Positions 9,478 through 18,662 of a stretch of DNA of 64,000 bases are shown here, in pieces. The first letter of the stretch is position 1; each line of letters opens with the position of its first letter. Position numbers and translations under genes: made by a program. The notes beneath the pieces were generated by a model, which saw only the letters and a list, made by a program, of their open reading frames with translations, was not told the origin of the DNA and did no database searches. The DNA lies in NCBI GenBank assembly GCA_963667255.1, contig OY762940.1, positions 1,088,001 through 1,152,000 on the forward strand, written 5' to 3'. This stretch comes from Candidatus Cloacimonadota bacterium (GTDB lineage: Bacteria; Cloacimonadota; Cloacimonadia; G963667145).

Positions 9478-10128
9478 CTACTCTTCTTCCAAATCTATTT
9501 CAATTTTTAAAGATTTTATCTCGTCAATTTTCTTCAAGTTTTTGGCATAAGCCAAAATCACATCGGCAAAAGTTTTGCTGACATAGTCAATCATCGGCAC
9601 GACTTTTCCGTTGACACTCAAAGAGATTTTCATCTTGCTTTCTCTGTTGCCTTTGCACATCATTTTGAATATTTTCTCCGAATTTTTTGTGGCATCTATC
9701 AATTTATAGTTCCCAATCTCTTGTTTTCCACTTTGTGAGCAAACTCCCGAATAACACACAATATTGCTAAAATCAATATCTTTCAAATCGGCTTCATCTT
9801 TTAGGCAAACCACTTTTTCATAATCAGAATCTTTAAAACCTTCTAAAATCAAAAAATCTGTTTTAGCTTCGTTTACGATTTTTGATAAAGACTTTTCCTC
9901 ATTGCTTACCGAAAAACAGATTTTGGGACTGCTCCCGATTACTTTGTCCGCACCTGCTTTGAGAGCTTTATCTGTATCCGTATTTTCTTCATCAAAAGTT
10001 ATATTTTCGCAATGAATATCTTTGGCATAAGTGACCGAAAATCCTTTATTTTTCAGATTTTTAATCAAGTTGATGGAAGTTGTCGTTTTACCCGATTTAC
10101 TAAACCCGCAAACATTGATAATTTTCAT
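9478..10128 (-). CDS. mobB: Molybdopterin-guanine dinucleotide biosynthesis protein B
   Basis: GFSKSGKTT P-loop, KDIH, DT....AGA and LEGFK motifs, with a C-terminal extension domain. Confidence 0.8.
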   Translation of the reverse strand: MKIINVCGFSKSGKTTTSINLIKNLKNKGFSVTYAKDIHCENITFDEENTDTDKALKAGADKVIGSSPKICFSVSNEEKSLSKIVNEAKTDFLILEGFKDSDYEKVVCLKDEADLKDIDFSNIVCYSGVCSQSGKQEIGNYKLIDATKNSEKIFKMMCKGNRESKMKISLSVNGKVVPMIDYVSKTFADVILAYAKNLKKIDEIKSLKIEIDLEEE

Positions 10129-10279
10129 AATTTTATTCCTTTTATTCTTTGTTTAAATTCAGATTATCTCATTCAATTTCGTGAAAATACAAATTGTTTT
10201 TTCTATTATAAAAATGTAAATTTATTTCTTGACTTTAATTAGATTTTACTTGTAATTAGTTCGTTTGGGGGTCAGGTCA

Positions 10280-11440
10280 ATGAATAGAAAAATCGCTTTG
10301 GAAATTTTATTGCAAAAAGTTTCCGCTTTAAATTCTTTTAAAATTAATGTCTCAAAAAGCGAAAATTGTGTTCTTGCTTCTCCCGTTTTTTCTCAAATAG
10401 ATTTACCTTCTTTTGATAAATCCGCCATGGACGGCTTTGCCATTTGTGAAGATGAAACTCAAGAAACTTTGCAAGTGGTTGATTTTACAGCTGCTGGCGA
10501 ATCTCCTTCCTCAAAACTTAGCAAAGGGAAAGCGGTTAAAATTTTGACTGGAGCACCTGTTCCTAAAAATGCTTGGAAAATTATTCCCAAAGAATTGGTT
10601 AGTGAAAATGAGAATACTATTGTTCTTAATTGTCAGCTTAAGGAAGCTCCAAACAATATTTGCTCAAAAGGCGAGGATATCCCCCAAGGGCAACTTTTGT
10701 ATCCCAAGGGGACTTTGATTGATATCCGAAAAAAAGCGACTTTGGTTTTTGCAGGAGTAAATGAGGTTGAGGTTTTTTCCAAGCCGAGAATATCGGTGAT
10801 TACCACAGGAAGCGAGGTAGTTTCCTTTGGCGATAAAAGAGGCAAATACCAAGTTTATAATGCCAATGCAGAGTTGCTTTTCGGACTTTTAAATAAAGAG
10901 TTGGACACGGCAGATTTTTCGCATGTTGCCGACGAATACTCTTTGGTGGAAGCGGAATTTAATCAAAAATTTGAGAAGTCCGATTTGTTGATTTTTACCG
11001 GTGGAGCTTCCGTAGGCAAATTTGATTATGTGAAAAAAATGCTGAAATCTTTGGGAGCGGAGGAACTTTTTTCTGGTTTGTCCATCAGACCCGCACGACC
11101 TACAGCTTGCTATTTGTTTAAGGGCAAATTGATTTTTTCGCTTCCGGGTAATCCTGTGGCGGTTTTTTTGGCTTACCATTTGTTTGTTTTGCCTGTGATT
11201 TACAAAATGCAGTCCAAAGTTTGTAATTTATTTAGAGAAGTAGAAATTACTGGAAAATTACAAGTTAGATTAAAAGACAGAGAAAATTTTGTTCCGATAA
11301 AATATAATGACAAAAAAATCGAAATTCTTGATTATAACGGACCTGCGGATTTATATCATATCTCACTTGCAGATGGGTTTTTAGTCGTTCCGCCGGAAAC
11401 AAAAATTGTAGAAGGCAAAGCGAAAGTTTTGCTCTTTTAA
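10280..11440 (+). CDS. moeA: Molybdopterin molybdo/tungsto-transferase
   Basis: SAMDGFA, TGAPVP, TGSE, TGG.SVG..D and LPGNP motifs. Confidence 0.9.
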   Translation: MNRKIALEILLQKVSALNSFKINVSKSENCVLASPVFSQIDLPSFDKSAMDGFAICEDETQETLQVVDFTAAGESPSSKLSKGKAVKILTGAPVPKNAWKIIPKELVSENENTIVLNCQLKEAPNNICSKGEDIPQGQLLYPKGTLIDIRKKATLVFAGVNEVEVFSKPRISVITTGSEVVSFGDKRGKYQVYNANAELLFGLLNKELDTADFSHVADEYSLVEAEFNQKFEKSDLLIFTGGASVGKFDYVKKMLKSLGAEELFSGLSIRPARPTACYLFKGKLIFSLPGNPVAVFLAYHLFVLPVIYKMQSKVCNLFREVEITGKLQVRLKDRENFVPIKYNDKKIEILDYNGPADLYHISLADGFLVVPPETKIVEGKAKVLLF

Positions 11441-11464
11441 AATAACAAAAAAATTAAGGAGGAC

Positions 11465-12412
11465 ATGATTATGTTCAAAAAATTGAAATTAGTGGCTTTG
11501 ATTTGCATTTTTGCTTTTTCGTCTCTTTTGGCTAAAGAAAGTAAGTTGGTAATTTTCCATGCGGGGAGTTTGGCTATTCCTTTGCAAAAAATGAGCGAGG
11601 CTTTTAACGAGAAGTATCCAGATGTGCAAATAATGAGAGAAGCAGCCGGTTCTCGTGTATGTGCAAGAAAAATCAGTGAGTTGAATAAAAAAGCCGATAT
11701 TATGTTTTCTGCTGATTATACGGTAATTGATGAACTTTTGATTCCTAAGTTTGCCGATTGGAACATTCATTTTGTAACCAACGAAATGGCTATTATGTTT
11801 GGTCATAATGCAAAATATGCCGATGAGATTACTGTTGAAAATTGGCCTGAAATTTTACTTCGCAAAGATGTAACTTACGGACATTCAGACCCTAATGCTG
11901 ACCCATGTGGCTATAGAAGTCAACTTGTTTGGCAATTGGCTGAAAAGTATTACAAATTACCTGGTTTGTATGAAAAATTGAGAGAAAACAATCCTATCGT
12001 GAGACCAAAAGAGACTGACTTGGTGGCTTTGTTGGAAGCCGGAACTCTTAACTATTTGTTTATCTATCGTTCTGTTGCTCAGCAACATGGAGCTAAATAT
12101 TTGGTATTGCCTGATGAAATAAATTTGAAGACTGCCAAATTTGCTGATTTTTACAAACAAGCTACTTTTGATATTAGCGGCAAAAAGCCTGGGGAGTTCA
12201 TTACCAAAAAAGGTGCTCCAATGGTTTATGGATTGACTATTCCTAACAATGCGGTAAACAAAAAAATGGCTGAAAAGTTTGTAGCTTTTGTTTTGAGTGA
12301 AGAGGGAAGAAAAATTATGGAAGATTGTGGTCAACCTGCTATCGTTCCGGCAAAGATTACCGGCAAAGAAAAATCACTTCCTTCTTCTATAAAAAAATTT
12401 GTAAAAGAGTAA
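11465..12412 (+). CDS. wtpA: Tungstate ABC transporter substrate-binding protein
   Basis: Signal peptide, plus HAGSL, GSR, SADY, DPNADPCGYR, RPKE and YRSVA.QH motifs typical of WtpA. Confidence 0.85.
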   Translation: MIMFKKLKLVALICIFAFSSLLAKESKLVIFHAGSLAIPLQKMSEAFNEKYPDVQIMREAAGSRVCARKISELNKKADIMFSADYTVIDELLIPKFADWNIHFVTNEMAIMFGHNAKYADEITVENWPEILLRKDVTYGHSDPNADPCGYRSQLVWQLAEKYYKLPGLYEKLRENNPIVRPKETDLVALLEAGTLNYLFIYRSVAQQHGAKYLVLPDEINLKTAKFADFYKQATFDISGKKPGEFITKKGAPMVYGLTIPNNAVNKKMAEKFVAFVLSEEGRKIMEDCGQPAIVPAKITGKEKSLPSSIKKFVKE

Positions 12413-12427
12413 AAACAGGAAAATCAA

Positions 12428-13198
12428 GTGAAAAAAGTTTTTATTGCTTTGGGTGCGATAATCATCTTTATGATTGTTTTTCCGATTATAAAGATTTTTT
12501 GGGGAATTGACCTTACTATTCTTAGCGATACTTTGAGAGATTCTGTGGTTTTTTCGGCAGTTTTTACTTCTTTGGAATGTTCGCTCTATGCCACACTTGC
12601 AGGATTTCTTCTGGGAATTCCGCTTGCTTACATTATCGCCAGACACAATTTTTATGGTAAAGAACTGGTTTCTTCAATTATAAATATCCCTATCGTCGTG
12701 CCACATTCGGCGGCAGGGATAGCTCTTTTGTCGGCTTTTGCTTCTCATACTTTTTTGGGGAAAGGGCTTGCCGCACTTGGACTTACCATCATCGATACCA
12801 AGCTTGGTATAAGTTTGGGGATGTTTTTTTTGAGTGTGCCTTTTCTCATCAATCAAAGTATTGGGGGGTTTCTAAGCTATGACGAGAGAATAGAAAAATC
12901 TGCTAGAGTTTTAGGAGCTGGTTTTAGCAGAACTTTTTTTACCATCAGTTTGCCACTTGCTCGGCACGGCATCATCAAAGGTTTCATCATGATGTGGGCA
13001 AGAGGTATTTCGGAGTTCGGAGCTGTGGTCATTTTGGCTTATCATCCGCTTACAGCTTCCGTTTTGATTTTTGAAAGATTTGGAGCTTTCGGCTTGAGAT
13101 ATTCCAAGCCGATTGCTTCTTTATTAATTTTAATCTGCCTGTTCATTTTTATGGTAGTGCAATTGATTTCCAATGTTAAAAATAAATCAGATAACTAA
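12428..13198 (+). CDS. wtpB: Tungstate ABC transporter permease
   Basis: Hydrophobic. PH..AGIAL, EAA-like SAR.LGA and WARG.SEFGA motifs. Confidence 0.85.
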   Translation: MKKVFIALGAIIIFMIVFPIIKIFWGIDLTILSDTLRDSVVFSAVFTSLECSLYATLAGFLLGIPLAYIIARHNFYGKELVSSIINIPIVVPHSAAGIALLSAFASHTFLGKGLAALGLTIIDTKLGISLGMFFLSVPFLINQSIGGFLSYDERIEKSARVLGAGFSRTFFTISLPLARHGIIKGFIMMWARGISEFGAVVILAYHPLTASVLIFERFGAFGLRYSKPIASLLILICLFIFMVVQLISNVKNKSDN

Positions 13199-14201
13199 AA
13201 AATTTTCCCAATTTACTCTAAACGAGATAAATTTTACCATTAATAAGGGCGAATGCACCGCAATTTTGGGTCCGTCAGGTTCGGGCAAAACTATTTTGAT
13301 GGAGACGATTGTCGGCATTCACAAGCAAACTTCGGGGCAACTATTCCTAAACGGCAAAGAGATTAGCCATACCAAGCCCGAAAATCGCGATATTTCGCTT
13401 TTGTATCAAAATTATATGCTTTTCCCACATCTCAATGTTTACGAAAATATAGCTTTCCCGCTAAAATTACGAAAAATTCCTGAAATTCCGCAAAAGATAA
13501 GCAAAATTGCTCATTTATTGAAGATTGAACATCTTTTGAAAAGGTCGGTTCATAACCTTTCTGGTGGAGAAAAACAGCGGGTCGCTCTTGCCAGAGCCAT
13601 TATTTTTGAACCGCAAGTTCTTCTTTTGGACGAGCCAACTTCGGCGATTGACACTCATATGAAGCGAAAAGTTCGCAAGCTAATTCGGGAAATTCACAAA
13701 AGTCTCAATCTGACTATTCTCTTGGTCACTCATTCCATTGAGGAGGCTATCTATTTGGCGGATTCTTTTGTCTTCCTAAAAGATGGTCAGCAATTACAAC
13801 AAGGCAAAAAGTTTGAAGTTTTCAACAATCCCCAAAATCGTTATATCGCCAATTTTCTCGGCTATGACAATGTTTTTGAAGGAGAGGTTGAAGACGGCAA
13901 ATTTGCTATCAAAAACACCAATCTCAAAATATCTTTTTTTAAAGAAGAGATTCCCAAGTGTATTCATGTTTCGCCCGACAATATCATCATTTCCAAGGAA
14001 AAGCCCGAGAGTTCGGCAGTGAATGTTTTTGAAGGAACATTGCAAGATTTTGCTTTCAAAGGCAGTTTCTATCAATTGTTTTTCGACATCGGAGTGGAAA
14101 TTTTGGTAAATATCACAGATGCCTCATTCGAAAATCTCCAACCAAAACTCGGCACCAAATTTTATCTATCATTCAAAGAAAGAGGAGTGAAGGGGTTTTA
14201 G
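13173..14201 (+). CDS. wtpC: Tungstate ABC transporter ATPase
   Basis: GPSGSGKT, LSGGEKQR and LLLDEP motifs, with a C-terminal TOBE-like domain. Confidence 0.85.
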   Translation: MLKINQITKKFSQFTLNEINFTINKGECTAILGPSGSGKTILMETIVGIHKQTSGQLFLNGKEISHTKPENRDISLLYQNYMLFPHLNVYENIAFPLKLRKIPEIPQKISKIAHLLKIEHLLKRSVHNLSGGEKQRVALARAIIFEPQVLLLDEPTSAIDTHMKRKVRKLIREIHKSLNLTILLVTHSIEEAIYLADSFVFLKDGQQLQQGKKFEVFNNPQNRYIANFLGYDNVFEGEVEDGKFAIKNTNLKISFFKEEIPKCIHVSPDNIIISKEKPESSAVNVFEGTLQDFAFKGSFYQLFFDIGVEILVNITDASFENLQPKLGTKFYLSFKERGVKGF

Positions 14202-14218
14202 GAAATAAAATAATTTAA

Positions 14219-14955
14219 GGTTCAAGATAACTTGACAAGTGAATTATACTAGTTAAGTTGTTGATATGCCAATAAGAAACAAGTACGTAAAAAACTCCAA
14301 AATTTCTGAAGAAAAATTTAGAGAAATAATTAAGTTTTTTTCTTTGGATATTGAGGCTAGTAAAATAGCACTTTTGACCAAAATTAGTAGAAAAACAGTT
14401 AACAATTATTTACTTAAAATTAGAGAGAGAATTGCTGAATTTTGTTGTGAGGATTCTCATCTTTCTGGAATAATTGAAGTTGATGAATCTTACTTTGGAG
14501 CGAAAAGAGTTAAGGGGAAACGAGGACGAGGTGCTGGAGGTAAAATTAAAGTTTTCTGATTGCTCAAAAGAGGCGACAAAGTTTACACTCAAATGGTTGA
14601 TAATTGTAGCAGAAAGACATTACAAGCGATAATAAAAGAAAGGATAGAAAAGGGTAGTGAAATTCACTCTGATGGATGGAAAGCTTATAATGGATTGGTT
14701 GATTTAGGATACCAAAAACACTATAGAGTTGACCATTCGAGCAATGAATTTGCCAATAAAAATGGACATATTAATGGGATTGAGAACTTTTGGGGAATAG
14801 CAAAATTGAGACTAACAAAATTTAAAGGAATTCATAAAAATATGTTCTATTTACACTTAAAAGAATGTGAATTTAGGTTTAATCATAGAAAGCAAAATTT
14901 ATATAAAATTTTGCTAAAAATGTTCCGAAATAATCCGCTCAAGTTATCTTGAACC
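14219..14955 (+). mobile_element. IS1595-family (IS1016-like) insertion sequence, 737 bp
   Basis: Perfect 17-bp terminal inverted repeats GGTTCAAGATAACTTGA (14219-14235) and TCAAGTTATCTTGAACC (14939-14955). An 8-bp direct repeat TAATTTAA flanks it at 14211-14218 and 14956-14963. Confidence 0.92.
14266..14952 (+). pseudogene. IS1595-family DDE transposase interrupted by an in-frame TGA (14557-14559)
   Basis: EVDESYFG, HSDGWKAY, HINGIENFW and YLHLKECEFRFN motifs. The two ORF-track pieces are in the same frame, reading KVF*LLKRG where Gly is expected. Confidence 0.88.
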
Positions 14956-15039
14956 TAATTTAAATATTTTGAATTGACAGATTTTAATTTAAAGTGTTTA
15001 TAGGTATTTGTTTTTTCCAAAATTTTAATTGAGGTTTAG

Positions 15040-17283
15040 ATGAGTATAGAACAAAGTATAATTTCTAGGCGAGAAAGTGATAAGAAAGTTGAAACCCAAC
15101 AATGGTTTCAAAAACTTATACAAACAAGCGAATATGTTGGTGATTTGTATTCTATCAACTATGAAACCGCAAGAGTAATAATTCATGATTTCTATAGAGA
15201 GAAAGTCGGAGGAATTCCAAGCTTAAGTTTTTTAATTGCCTCAAGAGTTGACCCCAATAATTCAGAAATTGATTTTAAAACAGAGGATGCATCATTTATT
15301 CTTTTAAGAGTAATGGATGCTATAGCGCTTCCGCAGGATAGAGAGGCAGAAAGAATTAGAGTTGAAACAGCACAAAGAATAAGTGGTGAAACTGAAAAAA
15401 ATTGGGATGAAGCAGGTTCAATGGATTTAAGAACAAAAAATCTGTTAAGTTTTGCTGGTGTTCAGTGCAGAATAATTGGAACATTTTATCTCGAAGAAAA
15501 TGGAGAAAATGGAGAAGCACCACTTAATTTAAAATTTGGTAGTGATATTTCAAATTATTATCCAAACAGAGGATTAAAAGTTTATAAACCAAACGGGAAG
15601 GCTCTTGAGTTAATAGTAAATTATTCTGATCCTTCAAATATTCAAGCACACATTGAAAAATATGGAAACACAGAAAATGTAAAATTGGGTTTTGTAAGAT
15701 ATGCTTCAACAAATAGAAAATATCAACAAATTAGTGATGTCCCTGTTTATATTTATCCAGCAGACCTTCTATCTCAAAAATCTGCCTTGTTTGGAATGAC
15801 AAGGACAGGAAAATCCAATACGACTAAAATAATTGCAAAATCTGTTTTTGAATTACGAAATGCACAACGGTCTGGAGAAAATCCATTAAGAATTGGACAA
15901 ATAATTTTTGATCCCAACGGTGAATATGCCAATGAAAATGTTCAAGATAGGGACGGTAGCGGTAATCCAAATGCATTAAAAAATATTTGGCGAAAAGACG
16001 AAACTTTAAGAAATATTGCTGATAAGCTGAAACAACAATATATTCAAGAAACAGAAATCGAAGAAAAGAAAAGATTATGGAATGAAATAAAATCATTGGT
16101 TGAAACAGAGGTGGTTACATATGGTATTTTACCACATCCACTAGACCCATTTCGTAGATTAATGAAAATAAACTTTTATGAAGAAGACAATCTTCAAATA
16201 GGTAAAGAAATCATTGATTTTAAAATTGCGGAGCAGTCAGCTCAGTATATTAAAAATTTTCGACAAGTTGTTTTCAAAAGACCAGTAGAAGATGAATACG
16301 AGAATGAGGTTGAATTTAATGGACAATTAAGGCGTTTTGAGAGAAGAGTTCTTGTTTATTGTGCATTGCTAAATAAAGCAGGTTTTAATCCACCGTTTCG
16401 AACAGTTAATATTTCAAGAATGTTTAATGCTGACCTAAGAAATGCTATGATTAACTATTCTGAAAAAAAATTTACACGTAAACAAGGATTAATAAATGCA
16501 GCGGGTCAAACTCTGTCACAAACAAATGTAACCTGGGATAGTCTTGCACCTGCTTTTGAAGGTTTGTTCCATTTCCTTTCAACTGCTGATTACAATACAT
16601 TCAACCAAGATTACATAAATAATCATCGTGATGATGAGAATGAGGATGCTACAGGAGAAGGTTGGGCTGAAGCAGAACTTGAAAGTTTGTTGGAAATGTT
16701 TAATTATTCAAAAGCTATTAATCTAATTGGTGGTGTAAATACACAACATACAACATCAATAAGAACAGATTACGCCGAAGATATTTATAATGATTTAACT
16801 GAAGGGAAACTTGTTATTATTGACCAATCAAGTGGTGAGCCAGAACTAAACAAGTCTTCAGCAAATAGAATAATGTGGCATATTTTTAAAGCTAACCAAA
16901 GTGCATTTCGAGAGGGTGAGAAATTAATTCCCGAAATATTGGTTTATGTGGAGGAAGCTCATAATATATTACCAGCTGGTAATGATTTAGATTTAACCGA
17001 TGTTTGGGTTAGGACAGCAAAGGAAGGTTCAAAATATAGAATTGGGATGGTTTACGCAACCCAAGAAGTAAGTAGTATTCAAAGAAATATTTTAAAAAAT
17101 ACAGCGAATTGGTTTATAAGCCATTTAAACAATACTGATGAAACCAAAGAACTATGCAAGTACTATGATTTTGAAGACTTTGAGCCATCAATAAGGCGAG
17201 CACAGGATAAGGGTTTTTTAAGAGTTAAAACTTTAAGCAATCTGTTTGTAATTCCAGTTCAGGTTGACAAATTTGAAGTCTAA
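15040..17283 (+). CDS. HerA-like (DUF87) FtsK/HerA-superfamily ATPase
   Basis: N-terminal HAS-barrel-like region, Walker A GMTRTGKS, IIFDPNGEY, Walker B VYVEEAHN and KEGSKY..MVYATQ. Confidence 0.85.
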   Translation: MSIEQSIISRRESDKKVETQQWFQKLIQTSEYVGDLYSINYETARVIIHDFYREKVGGIPSLSFLIASRVDPNNSEIDFKTEDASFILLRVMDAIALPQDREAERIRVETAQRISGETEKNWDEAGSMDLRTKNLLSFAGVQCRIIGTFYLEENGENGEAPLNLKFGSDISNYYPNRGLKVYKPNGKALELIVNYSDPSNIQAHIEKYGNTENVKLGFVRYASTNRKYQQISDVPVYIYPADLLSQKSALFGMTRTGKSNTTKIIAKSVFELRNAQRSGENPLRIGQIIFDPNGEYANENVQDRDGSGNPNALKNIWRKDETLRNIADKLKQQYIQETEIEEKKRLWNEIKSLVETEVVTYGILPHPLDPFRRLMKINFYEEDNLQIGKEIIDFKIAEQSAQYIKNFRQVVFKRPVEDEYENEVEFNGQLRRFERRVLVYCALLNKAGFNPPFRTVNISRMFNADLRNAMINYSEKKFTRKQGLINAAGQTLSQTNVTWDSLAPAFEGLFHFLSTADYNTFNQDYINNHRDDENEDATGEGWAEAELESLLEMFNYSKAINLIGGVNTQHTTSIRTDYAEDIYNDLTEGKLVIIDQSSGEPELNKSSANRIMWHIFKANQSAFREGEKLIPEILVYVEEAHNILPAGNDLDLTDVWVRTAKEGSKYRIGMVYATQEVSSIQRNILKNTANWFISHLNNTDETKELCKYYDFEDFEPSIRRAQDKGFLRVKTLSNLFVIPVQVDKFEV

Positions 17284-17294
17284 ATTGAGTTAAT

Positions 17295-18662
17295 ATGGGG
17301 TTTGAAGGAGAATTTGCCAGTTATGAGCCATTAAGGCGAATGCTTGATAGTGATAAAGTTAAATCACTACAAGACAGACTGAAAATACGAAAACAAGAAG
17401 AAGAAACAGATACTTTCACTGGCTCAATTGTTAAAAAGTCAGACTTGACTGAAAGCTCAATACAACCTGATTTAGTTTTAGCAATTGATGGAAGCAATTT
17501 GGCGGCTAAAGCTGAAAGTGGATTTCCGGGTGCTGAATTTGGATATATTACAATAGCTTCTGTTTTAATAGATTTAAAACTTATTGATGATTTAGAAAAG
17601 AAACAGTTTATTGACCCCAAAAAGGTTAGAGAAACAGAAAAAGCATCGACAATAGAAAGTGTCTTCCCCGGTTGCAATGTAATTTTGGACACAGAAAAAA
17701 ATGCAAATGCTTCACTTCGAAGAGCATTATTTGAAGAATTAAAATGTAACACAATATTTGCTAACGGTGGAGAAACATTATTGGATACTTATGAATACCT
17801 CTTCAGAATAAAGAGAGAGCATTTCTCTGAAAGCCGTCTTCCAAGAAGCCCTATTGATGGTATTGATAAAGAAATGACTTATGGATACGATGAATATCCT
17901 TGTCCTCATTCAGGAGAGCCATTATATTCAACTGATGCTTTGCGTTTACATGAATTAATGAATCCTGGTGGTAGTAATGGTGAAATGTTTGGGCAAATAA
18001 TGTCAACTCTTGAAAAGGTATGGTTGGTTCATATACTCAGAGCATTTGAACAAAAAGAATGGTTATCAACCCTTCGGAGAGTAGCATTTATTATGGATGG
18101 ACCATTAGCTGTATTTAGTACTTCATCTTGGTTGACAAAAGTTATTAATTATGAATTAAATAGGCTAAATGAATTGCAGAAAGCAGTTAACGGTCAGGAT
18201 TTATTAATTATCGGTATTGAAAAATCAGGAACATTCGTAAATCATTTCGAAGAAATTGATACGACTAAAGATGGAGTTACAGATAAATTTCCAAAACAAT
18301 CAGCATTACTGCTTGACGATGGCTATATAAAAAGAAATATTATTTTTTCTGAAAGCATAAAACCATATGGTCAAGACACTTATTTTGGAAGAAAAATATT
18401 TTATAAAACTGCTTCTGGACAAAAAATAGTTCCAGTAATTGCATGTTATAATGACCAACAAAGAAATACCTCAACAGCAAATCCAAATCAATTTTCAAGG
18501 CTTTCAGATGTTATGAATTTGCTTGATAAATTGGTTTCAAGTAGATATCCAAATTCCGTTTCTCCTTTAGTATCTGCTCATGCAGAAGCAGCAATTCCTT
18601 TAAATTTAGGTAAACGGATATTTGAGGATATTGCAAGAGAAATAAGAGAAAAATCAAATTGA
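17295..18662 (+). CDS. NurA-like RNase H-fold nuclease
   Basis: LAIDGS, FIMDGPL, IGIEKSG and C-terminal AHAEA match the NurA motif pattern. It directly follows the HerA gene. Confidence 0.75.
   Translation: MGFEGEFASYEPLRRMLDSDKVKSLQDRLKIRKQEEETDTFTGSIVKKSDLTESSIQPDLVLAIDGSNLAAKAESGFPGAEFGYITIASVLIDLKLIDDLEKKQFIDPKKVRETEKASTIESVFPGCNVILDTEKNANASLRRALFEELKCNTIFANGGETLLDTYEYLFRIKREHFSESRLPRSPIDGIDKEMTYGYDEYPCPHSGEPLYSTDALRLHELMNPGGSNGEMFGQIMSTLEKVWLVHILRAFEQKEWLSTLRRVAFIMDGPLAVFSTSSWLTKVINYELNRLNELQKAVNGQDLLIIGIEKSGTFVNHFEEIDTTKDGVTDKFPKQSALLLDDGYIKRNIIFSESIKPYGQDTYFGRKIFYKTASGQKIVPVIACYNDQQRNTSTANPNQFSRLSDVMNLLDKLVSSRYPNSVSPLVSAHAEAAIPLNLGKRIFEDIAREIREKSN

Noticed and set aside
14557..14559. 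TGA at a Gly position in the transposase as evidence of genetic code 25 (UGA=Gly) or selenocysteine
   Set aside because: Only one such TGA occurs among many Gly codons, TGA ends many host genes and the transposase itself, and the position is not a Cys. A single GGA-to-TGA mutation is simpler.
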